Source of the DNA: a virus
Taxonomy: Duplodnaviria > Caudoviricetes
IMG/VR virus record: IMGVR_UViG_3300043447_000532
Location: 1 to 43,291 of that record
Strand: one strand, 5' to 3'
Length of the DNA stretch: 43,291 nt
Positions 8,270 to 17,273 of the stretch are shown piece after piece (the stretch's first letter is position 1; the number at the start of each line of letters is the position of its first letter). Position numbers and translations under genes: made by a program. The notes under the pieces are model-generated. The model was not told the origin of the DNA. It did not search any database and worked only from the letters and a program-made list of their open reading frames with translations.

Positions 8270-9004
8270 TCACAAGGATTTGGGTATTTCGCTGATAACT
8301 AGAGTTGTTGTTTCTGGCATCCGGTATCCAGGGTAAGCGAGTCGCCAAGCGTCATGATGGTACAGGTTTTTAGTTACAAATCGAGAGCATGGAGCCTGTT
8401 TGATTTCTAACTTCAGCACGACACTCGCAGCCTTGAGACTGCGCCAGTTAAATGCTTTCTCATCGCACCCATTATATTTGGCGATGCGAATGATGGAGGA
8501 ATAATCAAACAACTCGTCGATTATCTCCGCTTGCCGCTCTGTTTCCGCTTCCAGTATCTCTATTTGAGCATTCTTGAGTTCTGATTCTTTAATCAGCCTT
8601 TCATTCTCTATAGCCAGTTTGCCCGCTTCTATTAACGCCTCTCCATAGGTTTGCGGTACCTTTGACTCGATCGATGCCTTGTAACCAGCCAGGCTAAGCA
8701 TATAGACATTCGCACCAGCCGCGCCCATCTTTTTGGCTAGTGGCAAATTGTACTCAAACGCCATGTCATACAATGTTTCAGAATCGATTAAGTTGACACC
8801 TTGCATTCCTCCATCAGTCTCGATTTCGGCATTTATTACATCGATTTGGTTGTCGGCTTTCTTTTTAGATATCGCCTGTTTAGATATCCCTAACATTCGC
8901 GCTGCCGCCGAAAGGCTGGCATAGGCTTTCCCGCTAGCTGTATCCACCACTAGTTCTAATCCGTCGCTGTCGAATCGTTCGTATTTTGCTACAATATCAG
9001 ACAT
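8270..9004 (-). CDS. Antirepressor-like DNA-binding protein
   Basis: N-terminal YASLSAAARMLGISKQAISK HTH; the VPQTYGEALIEAGKLAIENERL linker is typical of phage antirepressors. Confidence 0.7.
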   Translation of the reverse strand: MSDIVAKYERFDSDGLELVVDTASGKAYASLSAAARMLGISKQAISKKKADNQIDVINAEIETDGGMQGVNLIDSETLYDMAFEYNLPLAKKMGAAGANVYMLSLAGYKASIESKVPQTYGEALIEAGKLAIENERLIKESELKNAQIEILEAETERQAEIIDELFDYSSIIRIAKYNGCDEKAFNWRSLKAASVVLKLEIKQAPCSRFVTKNLYHHDAWRLAYPGYRMPETTTLVISEIPKSL

Positions 9005-9021
9005 AATTACTCTACAAAGGT

Positions 9022-9099
9022 AAATAGAAGGGAGCCAGTCGTTTATTCGATTGGCTCCCTTCTATTTTATCAATCTTGAGTATAAGACCTTATACGCTA
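9022..9099 (-). promoter_or_regulatory. Promoter/leader module copy 1 (operator, -10, hairpin)
   Basis: Hairpin 9022-9067, TGATAAAAT on the minus strand and GTATAAGACCTTATAC at 9080-9095; near-duplicate of 9970-10046. Confidence 0.75.
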
Positions 9100-9109
9100 G
9101 ATGGCTGAC

Positions 9110-9739
9110 TCAAATTGTTGCGAGTACTCGTTCGTGTTCCATGCCAGTAGTTCTCAGCGCGTCATATTTAATGTAGGCAACATCTAGCACTCTCAACTGT
9201 TTGGCATCATATGTATCGACTGGAGCGATCGGCAAGCCTAGCTTCTGTTTGAAGTTGTTAACCTCGATTGCGTACTGTATGCCATCGCATCCGTCTAATT
9301 TGAGCCAGCGAGTAAATTTAGGGTGAAAGTCCTCACGATGGCTCTGACGGTCGATTAACCATGCCTGACGATCTTCTTTCTCGAACTTGATGCCGAATGA
9401 GTCGGAGAATAGCTGATGTAGGGATAGACCGACTAAATCGAAACACATGTCTTGTGCTGACTTGTTGCCAGATTTAGCTAGTGCGACTAGTAGCCGCTCA
9501 AAATCCGTTAACAATATTACGTTGACTGCTTTAGAGTTTAAAGTAGTACGCCATTTGAGGAATTGAAAAGTGTTTCCCAGCAACGCTTTCACGTCACGAG
9601 AAGCGTTCTTTTGAGGAACGAGATTGTAGTCTGATAACTGGGGAAAAGATACGCCAAAGGTGTTATCTTCAGCCATCAGACCTTCGATACTTTTCGATCC
9701 GACTGGCACTTGTGTTATGGTTGCTTTCAAAAGACTCAT
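9110..9739 (-). CDS. Phage regulatory/antirepressor-like protein
   Basis: 209 aa; IEGLM..D..FGVS...NASRD.K.LLG resembles cyanobacterial phage DNA-binding proteins; lies in the antirepressor cluster. Confidence 0.5.
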   Translation of the reverse strand: MSLLKATITQVPVGSKSIEGLMAEDNTFGVSFPQLSDYNLVPQKNASRDVKALLGNTFQFLKWRTTLNSKAVNVILLTDFERLLVALAKSGNKSAQDMCFDLVGLSLHQLFSDSFGIKFEKEDRQAWLIDRQSHREDFHPKFTRWLKLDGCDGIQYAIEVNNFKQKLGLPIAPVDTYDAKQLRVLDVAYIKYDALRTTGMEHERVLATI

Positions 9740-9951
9740 TAGCCTACCCCCTTAAAAGCGATATCAAATTTTGCCTTGAGAATCTTGGCTATCAAATCCG
9801 CTTTTTGGCATGTTGTTAATACAGTGGAATCTATATGTAATTCGATTCTAATAATGTTGTCAGCTTCACCAGAAAGAGCGATTAGCTTTGCCGCCGTAGC
9901 TATATCTACGTATCCTTCTGGCAATCCACCTTGCTTTTGTGTTAAACTCAT
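9739..9951 (-). CDS. Hypothetical protein
   Basis: 70-aa ORF coupled by TAATG overlap to 9110-9739 and preceded by a promoter module. Confidence 0.6.
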   Translation of the reverse strand: MSLTQKQGGLPEGYVDIATAAKLIALSGEADNIIRIELHIDSTVLTTCQKADLIAKILKAKFDIAFKGVG

Positions 9952-9969
9952 GCTTTCAATTAAATAGAG

Positions 9970-10046
9970 AATAGAGAGGAGCCGATCGCTTATTCGATCG
10001 GCTCCTCTCTATTTTATCAAGATTGAGTATAAGACCTTATACGCTA
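9970..10046 (-). promoter_or_regulatory. Promoter/leader module copy 2
   Basis: Hairpin 9970-10013, TGATAAAAT on the minus strand and GTATAAGACCTTATAC at 10027-10042. Confidence 0.75.
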
Positions 10047-10052
10047 AATTAC

Positions 10053-10466
10053 TTAGTCTACAGCTCTTTTCAGCTCGTCGGCATATTGCCGTTGAAATCC
10101 AACTGCTAAGATCGTACCAGCGGGAAATACTAGATTTGCATGTTCGGGATGTTCGATCTCTAGTTCGGATTTAGCAACTAGGATCGCCCCTTGGAGCGGG
10201 TTAGGGTTGCGATGTTGATAAAAATCGGTGGTTTTCATGCACCGATCCGCGATACAGTGCCGCGATCCTCGCGTCGTTCCTGGTGCTAGCTGCCGCTCTG
10301 GTTTAGATGCAATCACGCCTACTGGTAATTTATCTAAAACTAGAAAATTAACATCACCTTGAGGTGTATATTGCCCGATCTCTGGATCGATATAGATAGT
10401 TCGATCTGATTTGTTGGCTTCAGCATGTTGCCGGATCTGCTCGAATACTTGAGTTGCAGTTGTCAT
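10053..10466 (-). CDS. Small His-motif protein, typical partner of DUF6745-like genes
   Basis: Motifs QGDV...LAPG..RGSRH...IEHPEH..L.FPAG....GFQRQY; starts 3 nt after the DUF6745-like stop. Confidence 0.7.
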   Translation of the reverse strand: MTTATQVFEQIRQHAEANKSDRTIYIDPEIGQYTPQGDVNFLVLDKLPVGVIASKPERQLAPGTTRGSRHCIADRCMKTTDFYQHRNPNPLQGAILVAKSELEIEHPEHANLVFPAGTILAVGFQRQYADELKRAVD

Positions 10467-10469
10467 AAT

Positions 10470-11879
10470 TTAAGCTCTTTGTTTTGGGTAAGTCTTAATT
10501 GAATCGGTATCGATGCCGCAGCCTGAAAATGCGATATCCGGTGCGAGCAAATAACGCTGCGCTTGTTCGCATGTTCGGCATTCAGGATCTACCTCCAGAG
10601 CGTAAATCCTGCCCGTACTCGGATCGTATGTGCATAATATTTTCATATCATCCGCACACATTAACGATTCCATTGAGAAACTGTTAATCGACACATCTAA
10701 AACTTTAGCATTAACATCTTCTAAATACTTCCGCCATCCATACCGTTCGATCCGAATTCTCTTAATCTCTTGATTTTCCTCTCCATTAATCTGCTCGATC
10801 GTTTGAGTTTGAGGATTCATTACAATCTGCTCGTCTACCGTCACACCTCCAATCGCCCATATTTTAAATCCATCCTTAAATTCAACTGCTGCCGAATCAT
10901 CTGAGTGAATGACTCCATCTCGCCATTTAACAGATGGTCGATCGCACACTATACAAACACTTTTAAACGGGAAAATCCACCCGACATTTTTACAGTAATC
11001 AGTGTAAAGATCGTATTTTTCACGATCGTATTCAACCCCAATTTGATTTCCCATATCCGCAAATGCTGCGAATCCAATCAACCACTCATTTCGCAGGCTC
11101 GAATACAGACTCGAACGCAAGCTCGAATCCAAGCTCGAATCCAAGCTCGAATCCAGGCTCGAATACAGACTCGAACGCAGGCTCGAATCCAAGCTCGAAC
11201 CCAAGCTCGAATACAGGCTCGAATCCAAGCTCGAATCCAAGCTCGAATCCAGGCTCGAATACAGACTCGAACCCAAGCTCGAATACAGGCTCGAATACAG
11301 GCTCGAATACAGACTCGAACTCAGACTCGAACTCAGACTCGAACGCAGGCTCGAACTCAGACTCGAATCCAAGCTCGAATACATGCTCGAACTCAGGCTC
11401 GAACGCAGACTCGAACTCAGACTCGAACTCAGACTCGAACTCAGACTCGAACTCAGACTCGAATCCAAGCTCGAATACATGCTCGAACTCAGACTCGAAC
11501 GCAGGCTCGAATCCAGGCTCGAACGCAGGCTCGAATCCAGGCTCGAATACAAGCTCGAATCCAGTCTCGAATACAAGCTCGAACCCAGGCTCGAACTCAG
11601 ACTCGAACGCAGGCTCGAACGCAGTCCCGAATACAGGACCGAATACAAGCTCGAATCCAGTCTCGAATCCTTCAAAATCTCAATTAGCAGCATTCCAGTT
11701 AGCGGCGAATCTGCAAAAATAAACAACGGCGGTTGTCGATTGATATATTTGTACAGATTAGAGATTGCGTTTGATGCTAAATCTCTGTCTATCGGTGATG
11801 TGGCTCGATCTAGCCAATATTGATGGATCTGAGGTATTAGAATCTCTCGATCTGGTGTCAGTTTTGATATTTTGCTCAT
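10470..11879 (-). CDS. DUF6745-like protein with an internal tetrapeptide-repeat array
   Basis: N-terminal ISKLTP...W...IDR..A..AI..LY......P..IF.DSP; C-terminal GWIFPF..VCIVCDRP...IHSDD..AVEFKDGF.IWA..GV...E.NQEIKRI.IERYGW..Y. Start set at MSKISK because the longer ORF would span the operator and -10. Confidence 0.8.
   Translation of the reverse strand: MSKISKLTPDREILIPQIHQYWLDRATSPIDRDLASNAISNLYKYINRQPPLFIFADSPLTGMLLIEILKDSRLDSSLYSVLYSGLRSSLRSSLSSSLGSSLYSRLDSSLYSSLDSSLRSSLDSSLRSSLSSSMYSSLDSSLSSSLSSSLSSSLSSSLRSSLSSSMYSSLDSSLSSSLRSSLSSSLSSSLYSSLYSSLYSSLGSSLYSSLDSSLDSSLDSSLYSSLGSSLDSSLRSSLYSSLDSSLDSSLDSSLRSSLYSSLRNEWLIGFAAFADMGNQIGVEYDREKYDLYTDYCKNVGWIFPFKSVCIVCDRPSVKWRDGVIHSDDSAAVEFKDGFKIWAIGGVTVDEQIVMNPQTQTIEQINGEENQEIKRIRIERYGWRKYLEDVNAKVLDVSINSFSMESLMCADDMKILCTYDPSTGRIYALEVDPECRTCEQAQRYLLAPDIAFSGCGIDTDSIKTYPKQRA
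11094..11669 (-). repeat. 48 x 12-bp coding tandem repeat (X-S-S-L)
   Basis: 576 bp; consensus unit NNT TCG AGY (C/T/A)TG with X = D/Y/R/S/G. Confidence 0.95.
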
Positions 11880-11913
11880 TGTTTTACTTGGTTGTTTCCG
11901 CATTATATTCGCG

Positions 11914-11929
11914 GTATAAGACCTTATAC
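11914..11929. promoter_or_regulatory. Operator-like palindrome upstream of the DUF6745-like operon
   Basis: CGCG-GTATAAGACCTTATAC-CGCG, with TATAAT on the minus strand at 11902-11907. Confidence 0.8.
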
Positions 11930-11943
11930 CGCGATCCATGTCA

Positions 11944-14706
11944 CTACTTCGATTTGTCTGGCATCAAGCACTTATCAGAATCACAAGCAATCGGCCCGGT
12001 GAGGTTGTCCGATCCAACCGCTAACGCAGTCACATCCCGATTGGCTAGCGCATCTTCAAAGCTAGGGGCGATGCGACGTGCCATCATCTCGTCAATCAGT
12101 CGATTATATGTATCCTTGTCGATTGGCTCGAATGGTAATCGGGGGAACGTCCCATCGGACGCATCGAATCGAGCGAGTAAGGCGGCTGAGATATACCCTT
12201 CATCGGCTAGTATCGCCCGATAGATAGCTTCGCCTAGAGCTTCGATTTCATGCTCTCTGAATTCGATTGTCGCGCTAGTGTTGTGGGTTGTGTACCACTG
12301 CTGGATTTGCATGTAAAAATCAAATTGAGCCAGCGCACTAAACCGGTTGATATCGATCGCATCCGCTACTGGCAGATTTGCCCATGGCACTTCGATCGGC
12401 ACTTCTACCAGCCATTCAGTACAGCGCGGATCGAATGGATCGTCTAGCAGGTTGCCATGCTCGTCCTTATCTGATTGGGAGGGGATGACACTATAACCAT
12501 AATCTAGAGCGGCTAGAGCTACCGGATCTTCACGGCGGAAGGTAATCCGGCGGATAAATCGCTGGGCTTTAGGGGGATGCCAGCCAGGGGATGCACCAGT
12601 TAGCAGTGATTTGGTTCCCGCTGGCTGAACGGTAGTACAGCGATTGGGACGCTTGAGATTGTGGCGTTCGCAATATTCGGCAACTGTAGACTCGACAGTC
12701 AATCGCCAGTTGGTCAAATAATGCCGCTCGGTAATGCGAAAATAATCGGCCTCATCGATACATGATAATGGCAGATAATCGTTATCTCCTGCACCCCATT
12801 TGTCCGGTCGTCCCGCTTCCCACCATTTGAGCCAATCTACACCAAACAGATTAACAAAAAAGTCGAATAATCCGGTAAATGATACGCCAACAATCGGATC
12901 TATTTCTCGTGAATATTGCATTTTCTCATCGATAAATTGATGATGCAATAGCGCGCAAGCACTAATAGCAGCGGCTTTAAATGCGCGTGATTGAGCCAAT
13001 GTATCGAGGGGATCGAGTAGGTTTAAATGCACCTCAGATAAATTGCAAAAATTGTTATTGAGAATAATCTCGCCACAATTGCCAGACATGATGCCGCATG
13101 ACAGGGCGAATTGATGTGTTGTCGGGACATTGCAACAATAAACCTTATCTGCAATACCAGCATCCGCAATATCCACAACGAATATAGGATGTGTCGATCT
13201 GTTGGCATGCATCCCATCTGGTTGCACGTTATGAATTTTTAATTTGTCTCCTCTGGTTAAATCTCGAAGTTCTTTTTTATCTCCAAGAGCCATTACAAAC
13301 TCGTGATTCGGCGTTGCAGTAATCGCACTCCCGTCACTAAGGTGTAATTCATAAATATCTTTATTGGTGCCAGTTTCGCAAAAACTATCGATTTCAACCC
13401 AGTTAAGCCCATCCCAAATATCTACAGTTTTGCCGATCAAGGATTCGATTGGATAATGTCCATTACGAGTCAAAATCATTGTACCAGCCGCTAAGCAAGG
13501 ATTGGTGCCATATCGCATCATTCGATGGTCCAATTCTTTCTGTACGTTTGTTGATTCTATCGATGAATTATCGAGCAAGAATTCTAGATAGTTACGAGCA
13601 TCGATTCTCGATACTTCATATTCTTGCAAAAAGATAGATTTCTTGGATGGCGTATCTAATAAATCGACATTAGCACGCATCACCGATTCGCCCGCCCATT
13701 GGATGGCTCCCTCACCAGAATGATATTGCTTGCGTACCGCCTCGATGCACTCATCTAGCGTCGGCTTTTGGTGGAAAACGCGAGTATGGTTGCTCATGCG
13801 TAAAGCATCGCGTTTAGGGTCGATATGCCACTTGCCATCATCATCTACTACCCACAATCCATCCTTAGCGGTTAGGGCTAATTTATCGTCGCTACTAAAT
13901 TGACGGATATTGGCAGATCGGCGCACGTTGCCAGCTACTACCGCTAGGGCTGGCTCATCCAATAACAAGCAAACTTCTAGGCTATTTAATTTGCGTCCGA
14001 CCGCGCCATTTAAAATCTCCACCATCCGCTCGAACATGTGTTTTAATCCCGATGGATTGGATACGCCGCCAAATCCCTTAATAGGCGCACCAGCAGCGCG
14101 GACGTGGGAGAGATCGATCGTTAAATGCAATTGACAACTGTAATAGGTTGCAGCAAGGTTTAAAACCGCCAAATACGCATCAACCCATCCTTGTCGCGAA
14201 TCCCCAACAACTATAGATGCTATCGCCCCATCTCGATTAAAAATGGTCTTTTCAATCGAAGCTAATCCCATCGATTCGACATTACCAGGACTGCCAAATA
14301 TCTCTAGATTGACGATCGATTCGATAACAGGCAATTTATCTATAACATCTGTCTCGATAATCGTTCCCACTCCGCATCCTTGCATGAGTAAATCCATACA
14401 ATGAGCCATGCTCCCGAATGAGTCGACAACGATATTCGAGCAGTTATACGCGCCTTGATAATTTTCTGGCTTAGATACCCATTCTGTACCGCCTACCCAG
14501 AGCCAGCGACCGCTAGTTAGAGATGTCATTTCTAGATGTTGAGAGCGGATTAATTCAATCTCGGCAATCGTTAATTTTCCCAATTCCGCCAATCCTTTCA
14601 TAATGCGATCGACTGTCTCGATCCAGAGTTCCCTGCGTCCCGAACTAGTGCGGCGCGAATAGGTGCGATTGTAAACTAATGGAGCTGTAAGCGATCTGTC
14701 TAACAT
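11944..14706 (-). CDS. nrdJ: Class II adenosylcobalamin-dependent ribonucleotide reductase with intein
   Basis: VYNRTYSR, SGRWLWVGGT, AYNC, GCGVG, VGDSRQGW, VVAGNVRRSA, GTNP|CGEI, CNLSEVHL, TTVQPAGTKSLL, and C-terminal ACDSDKC redox pair. Confidence 0.95.
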   Translation of the reverse strand: MLDRSLTAPLVYNRTYSRRTSSGRRELWIETVDRIMKGLAELGKLTIAEIELIRSQHLEMTSLTSGRWLWVGGTEWVSKPENYQGAYNCSNIVVDSFGSMAHCMDLLMQGCGVGTIIETDVIDKLPVIESIVNLEIFGSPGNVESMGLASIEKTIFNRDGAIASIVVGDSRQGWVDAYLAVLNLAATYYSCQLHLTIDLSHVRAAGAPIKGFGGVSNPSGLKHMFERMVEILNGAVGRKLNSLEVCLLLDEPALAVVAGNVRRSANIRQFSSDDKLALTAKDGLWVVDDDGKWHIDPKRDALRMSNHTRVFHQKPTLDECIEAVRKQYHSGEGAIQWAGESVMRANVDLLDTPSKKSIFLQEYEVSRIDARNYLEFLLDNSSIESTNVQKELDHRMMRYGTNPCLAAGTMILTRNGHYPIESLIGKTVDIWDGLNWVEIDSFCETGTNKDIYELHLSDGSAITATPNHEFVMALGDKKELRDLTRGDKLKIHNVQPDGMHANRSTHPIFVVDIADAGIADKVYCCNVPTTHQFALSCGIMSGNCGEIILNNNFCNLSEVHLNLLDPLDTLAQSRAFKAAAISACALLHHQFIDEKMQYSREIDPIVGVSFTGLFDFFVNLFGVDWLKWWEAGRPDKWGAGDNDYLPLSCIDEADYFRITERHYLTNWRLTVESTVAEYCERHNLKRPNRCTTVQPAGTKSLLTGASPGWHPPKAQRFIRRITFRREDPVALAALDYGYSVIPSQSDKDEHGNLLDDPFDPRCTEWLVEVPIEVPWANLPVADAIDINRFSALAQFDFYMQIQQWYTTHNTSATIEFREHEIEALGEAIYRAILADEGYISAALLARFDASDGTFPRLPFEPIDKDTYNRLIDEMMARRIAPSFEDALANRDVTALAVGSDNLTGPIACDSDKCLMPDKSK
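13078..13497 (-). mobile_element. 140-aa mini-intein in RNR
   Basis: Starts CLAAGTMILT, block B ITATPNHEF, ends VYCCNVPTTHQFALSCGIMSGN followed by Cys; removal restores GTNPCGEI. Confidence 0.93.
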
Positions 14707-15509
14707 TTTTCTATCTCCTTTCTAAATTGTTTCCAGGCTCGAAAATTGCCCGATTGATAGTATCTACTACTAACGCATTCTGCTACATGCTCGAATGGCG
14801 ATAGATGGGGCGGACTGGCTTGCAATAATTTATCTGCCCTCGCCAAATCTCCATCACGATCGAATGGTTTCAATCCATAACTCACCCGCGCGCATCGACT
14901 AGCTGAAAGCTTTTTATGGTTATCGATCGTATCGGGATAATCGTCAGCACTAATGTACGGTAGATGCCATTCTCCAGATTCTAAAATATCTGGAGTCGAG
15001 TCGATTAACGCTCGATACATTTGACTCACTAACTCGTAAAACTCAGGCTGTGCGTCTGGATGCATCCTGAGATCGAATAGATTTTGCCACTCAGTTGATG
15101 TGATTACACCATCTGCGCAGATAAACCCCTCCAAAAGACGATTTACGTGCTGCTTATGGAGTCCGATAGCAGATAGTAAGTAATGGCAAATACAAGCACT
15201 CCTGGCGGCAAATATCCACAAGATAGGAGCTATTTTTAATCGCCATCCTTTCAACTCGTCCCCAGCAACCATGCCCGCTCGATTAGACCCCCAACTAATC
15301 GGAATAAATGGATCGTGCCAAACCTGATAGCGGATTGTTTTAGCAGGGATAGCGCGAGATGAATTAAACGAAAGCGACAACACCCGATGACGGGCAATCT
15401 CCTGTAATAAAAACTTGGGTACTCGAACTTGAAACGTCGTTAACCGGATACCGCGAGAGCCGATTGAGTCGGCGATGATAGCCGCTGATATTTTAGATGT
15501 ATTTGCCAT
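14700..15509 (-). CDS. thyX: FAD-dependent thymidylate synthase
   Basis: RHRVLSLSFNSSRAIP motif, HKQ.VNRLLE, LR.HPDAQPE, SASRCARVSY, H.SPFEH. Start MANTSK, or 15521. Confidence 0.92.
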   Translation of the reverse strand: MANTSKISAAIIADSIGSRGIRLTTFQVRVPKFLLQEIARHRVLSLSFNSSRAIPAKTIRYQVWHDPFIPISWGSNRAGMVAGDELKGWRLKIAPILWIFAARSACICHYLLSAIGLHKQHVNRLLEGFICADGVITSTEWQNLFDLRMHPDAQPEFYELVSQMYRALIDSTPDILESGEWHLPYISADDYPDTIDNHKKLSASRCARVSYGLKPFDRDGDLARADKLLQASPPHLSPFEHVAECVSSRYYQSGNFRAWKQFRKEIEKC

Positions 15510-15909
15510 ATCTTTTCTCATCCTCTTCGAGTTTTAACTCGACTTCTTTATCTTTGGAGTATTCTTCTATTGCCAAATTGCAGGCATCGATCGCTAACTG
15601 TATCTTCGATTTAAGATTGCCAATAAATCGAGCGTAGCTGTCGCTTTTCCCGTATGTCCGAACATTATTCAACCTCGTCTTTTCCCATTCTAGGTATTCG
15701 ACTGCTTTGGCAAGATCTTGTCTCGGGTCGGGATCTTTTTGTCCGGCTCTCCAGAGGTATTTAACGGCATTTAGCAGATTAAAATTCCATTTACGATGCT
15801 CTTCCAAATGCCAGATAGTATGTATGCAATCTTCTTTATATTCAATTTCAAATATATTAAGAATTTGCCTACCAATCGATGATGGTGTTTGATAATAAGG
15901 TTTAGCCAT
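15493..15909 (-). CDS. DUF3310-like phage protein
   Basis: NFNLLNAVKYLWRAGQKD...QDLAKAVEYL matches the NA.KY.WR...K...EDL.KA..YL pattern. Confidence 0.75.
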   Translation of the reverse strand: MAKPYYQTPSSIGRQILNIFEIEYKEDCIHTIWHLEEHRKWNFNLLNAVKYLWRAGQKDPDPRQDLAKAVEYLEWEKTRLNNVRTYGKSDSYARFIGNLKSKIQLAIDACNLAIEEYSKDKEVELKLEEDEKRYGKYI

Positions 15910-15915
15910 TATTGT

Positions 15916-17001
15916 TTAATTTCTAATCTGAATGGGCATCATTAAGTATAGTAAAAAGCCATCTGACGAGACGATTGTTACTGGTTCTAATGCGCCATTG
16001 ATATTAAGAGTTGCTTTTTCATCGTCAAACATTTTCAATCCTTGCTGAAAGTATTTGAGGTTCAATCCGATATTTAAAGGCGATCCGATTAATTGGCATT
16101 CCATCGTCGATATTGCCTCGGCTGCATCGCGACCGGACGATATGGTTAATGTATTTGGCTCTAACGATAGCTGTACCATATTATTGGCGATTGCTACCTC
16201 AGCAATCGATAGTAATTCAAGCATTTCTAATCGATCGACCGTCAGCGTGCGTGATGCAGATTTGGGTAAGAGCAATTCGTAATCGGGATATTTACCCTCA
16301 TAAACTCGACACGTAGCCGATACGCTGTCGTCGGTAACGAACAATGCCTCATTAATGCCAATCGACATCCGAATCTCTTCGGCAATGGTATCGGGCAATT
16401 TGCTCAGGAACTTAGCGGGTAAGGTTACAGGTTCGATATCCCATTCACAGTCGAATTTGCAGACCGTAAGTCGATGTCCATCGGTACTAGCTAGTGTTGC
16501 TGCTTTAGTTGCCGAATCGGCTTTAATATTAATCCCCTGTAATAATGGCTTTGTTTCATCCTTGGACACGGATACAGAGCAAGCATCGACCGCTCGCCCG
16601 AATGAGTTAGCCAATAATCGAGATCCGATAGGCTCATCGATTTTAAATATCAGATCTGGATACTCGGTGGCATCCAAGATCTGAAATTCTACATTACTCT
16701 TGTCGGTACTAAATGTTGCTTTATTATCATCGATAACAATCTCTAAATCGCCTTTTAGCTTATCTAATAGACTAGATAAATCCTTCTCAAGAATGACAAA
16801 CGATCCGATAGCATTGCATTCAGCCTCGCAGGTAACTTGCAAACCTTCAGCTAAATTATAAGCGGTTAAGACCAAATTATCTGGCTCGACACACTCGATT
16901 TTAATCCCTGCCAAAACTGGCATTAATGGCTTGGTTGCAATACAGGGTTTAATCGAGTCAACTGCCTTTTTTAAGTTTTTAGATGATACGTTAATTTTCA
17001 T
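15916..17001 (-). CDS. dnaN: DNA polymerase III beta sliding clamp
   Basis: 361 aa; P.L.GI.I, L.L.AYNL, EYPDL, SKDETKPLLQGI, ASTDGHRL, EGKYPDY..LLP, IG.N.KY, YL.MPIQI. Confidence 0.93.
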   Translation of the reverse strand: MKINVSSKNLKKAVDSIKPCIATKPLMPVLAGIKIECVEPDNLVLTAYNLAEGLQVTCEAECNAIGSFVILEKDLSSLLDKLKGDLEIVIDDNKATFSTDKSNVEFQILDATEYPDLIFKIDEPIGSRLLANSFGRAVDACSVSVSKDETKPLLQGINIKADSATKAATLASTDGHRLTVCKFDCEWDIEPVTLPAKFLSKLPDTIAEEIRMSIGINEALFVTDDSVSATCRVYEGKYPDYELLLPKSASRTLTVDRLEMLELLSIAEVAIANNMVQLSLEPNTLTISSGRDAAEAISTMECQLIGSPLNIGLNLKYFQQGLKMFDDEKATLNINGALEPVTIVSSDGFLLYLMMPIQIRN

Positions 17002-17273
17002 TTTTTATACTTCCTGGTTATTTGTAGCTTTTGCAGTCGAGTTAGCTGCTTATTTTCTTTCTTATCTGCGATATCGGCAGGCATCAACATTAGTGGATAA
17101 TCTGGTATCGCTTGTTGATGTCTCTGCCATTGGGTAGTGGCTATAAACCTAGTCCACATGCGTGATACCTTTATATCGATTATGTTCGCCTGAGATTATC
17201 GCAGAAGGAATAAATGCGCCGATGGCGATACCCGTTAGTAGAGCGATAGTGATGTGTTTGATATTGAGTGGAA

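Noticed and set aside
11094-11669. Diversity-generating retroelement explanation (variable codons GAT/TAT/CGT/AGT/GGT could all derive from AAT)
   Set aside because: No reverse transcriptase, no AAT-containing template repeat and no accessory gene in the window; block duplications fit slippage or unequal recombination better.
10905-11823. Three long + strand ORFs (QARI/QTRT, SNPS/SNTD and LELR/LESK repeats)
   Set aside because: They are shadows of the stop-free 12-bp repeat; only the minus-strand frame has conserved flanking domains and a promoter.
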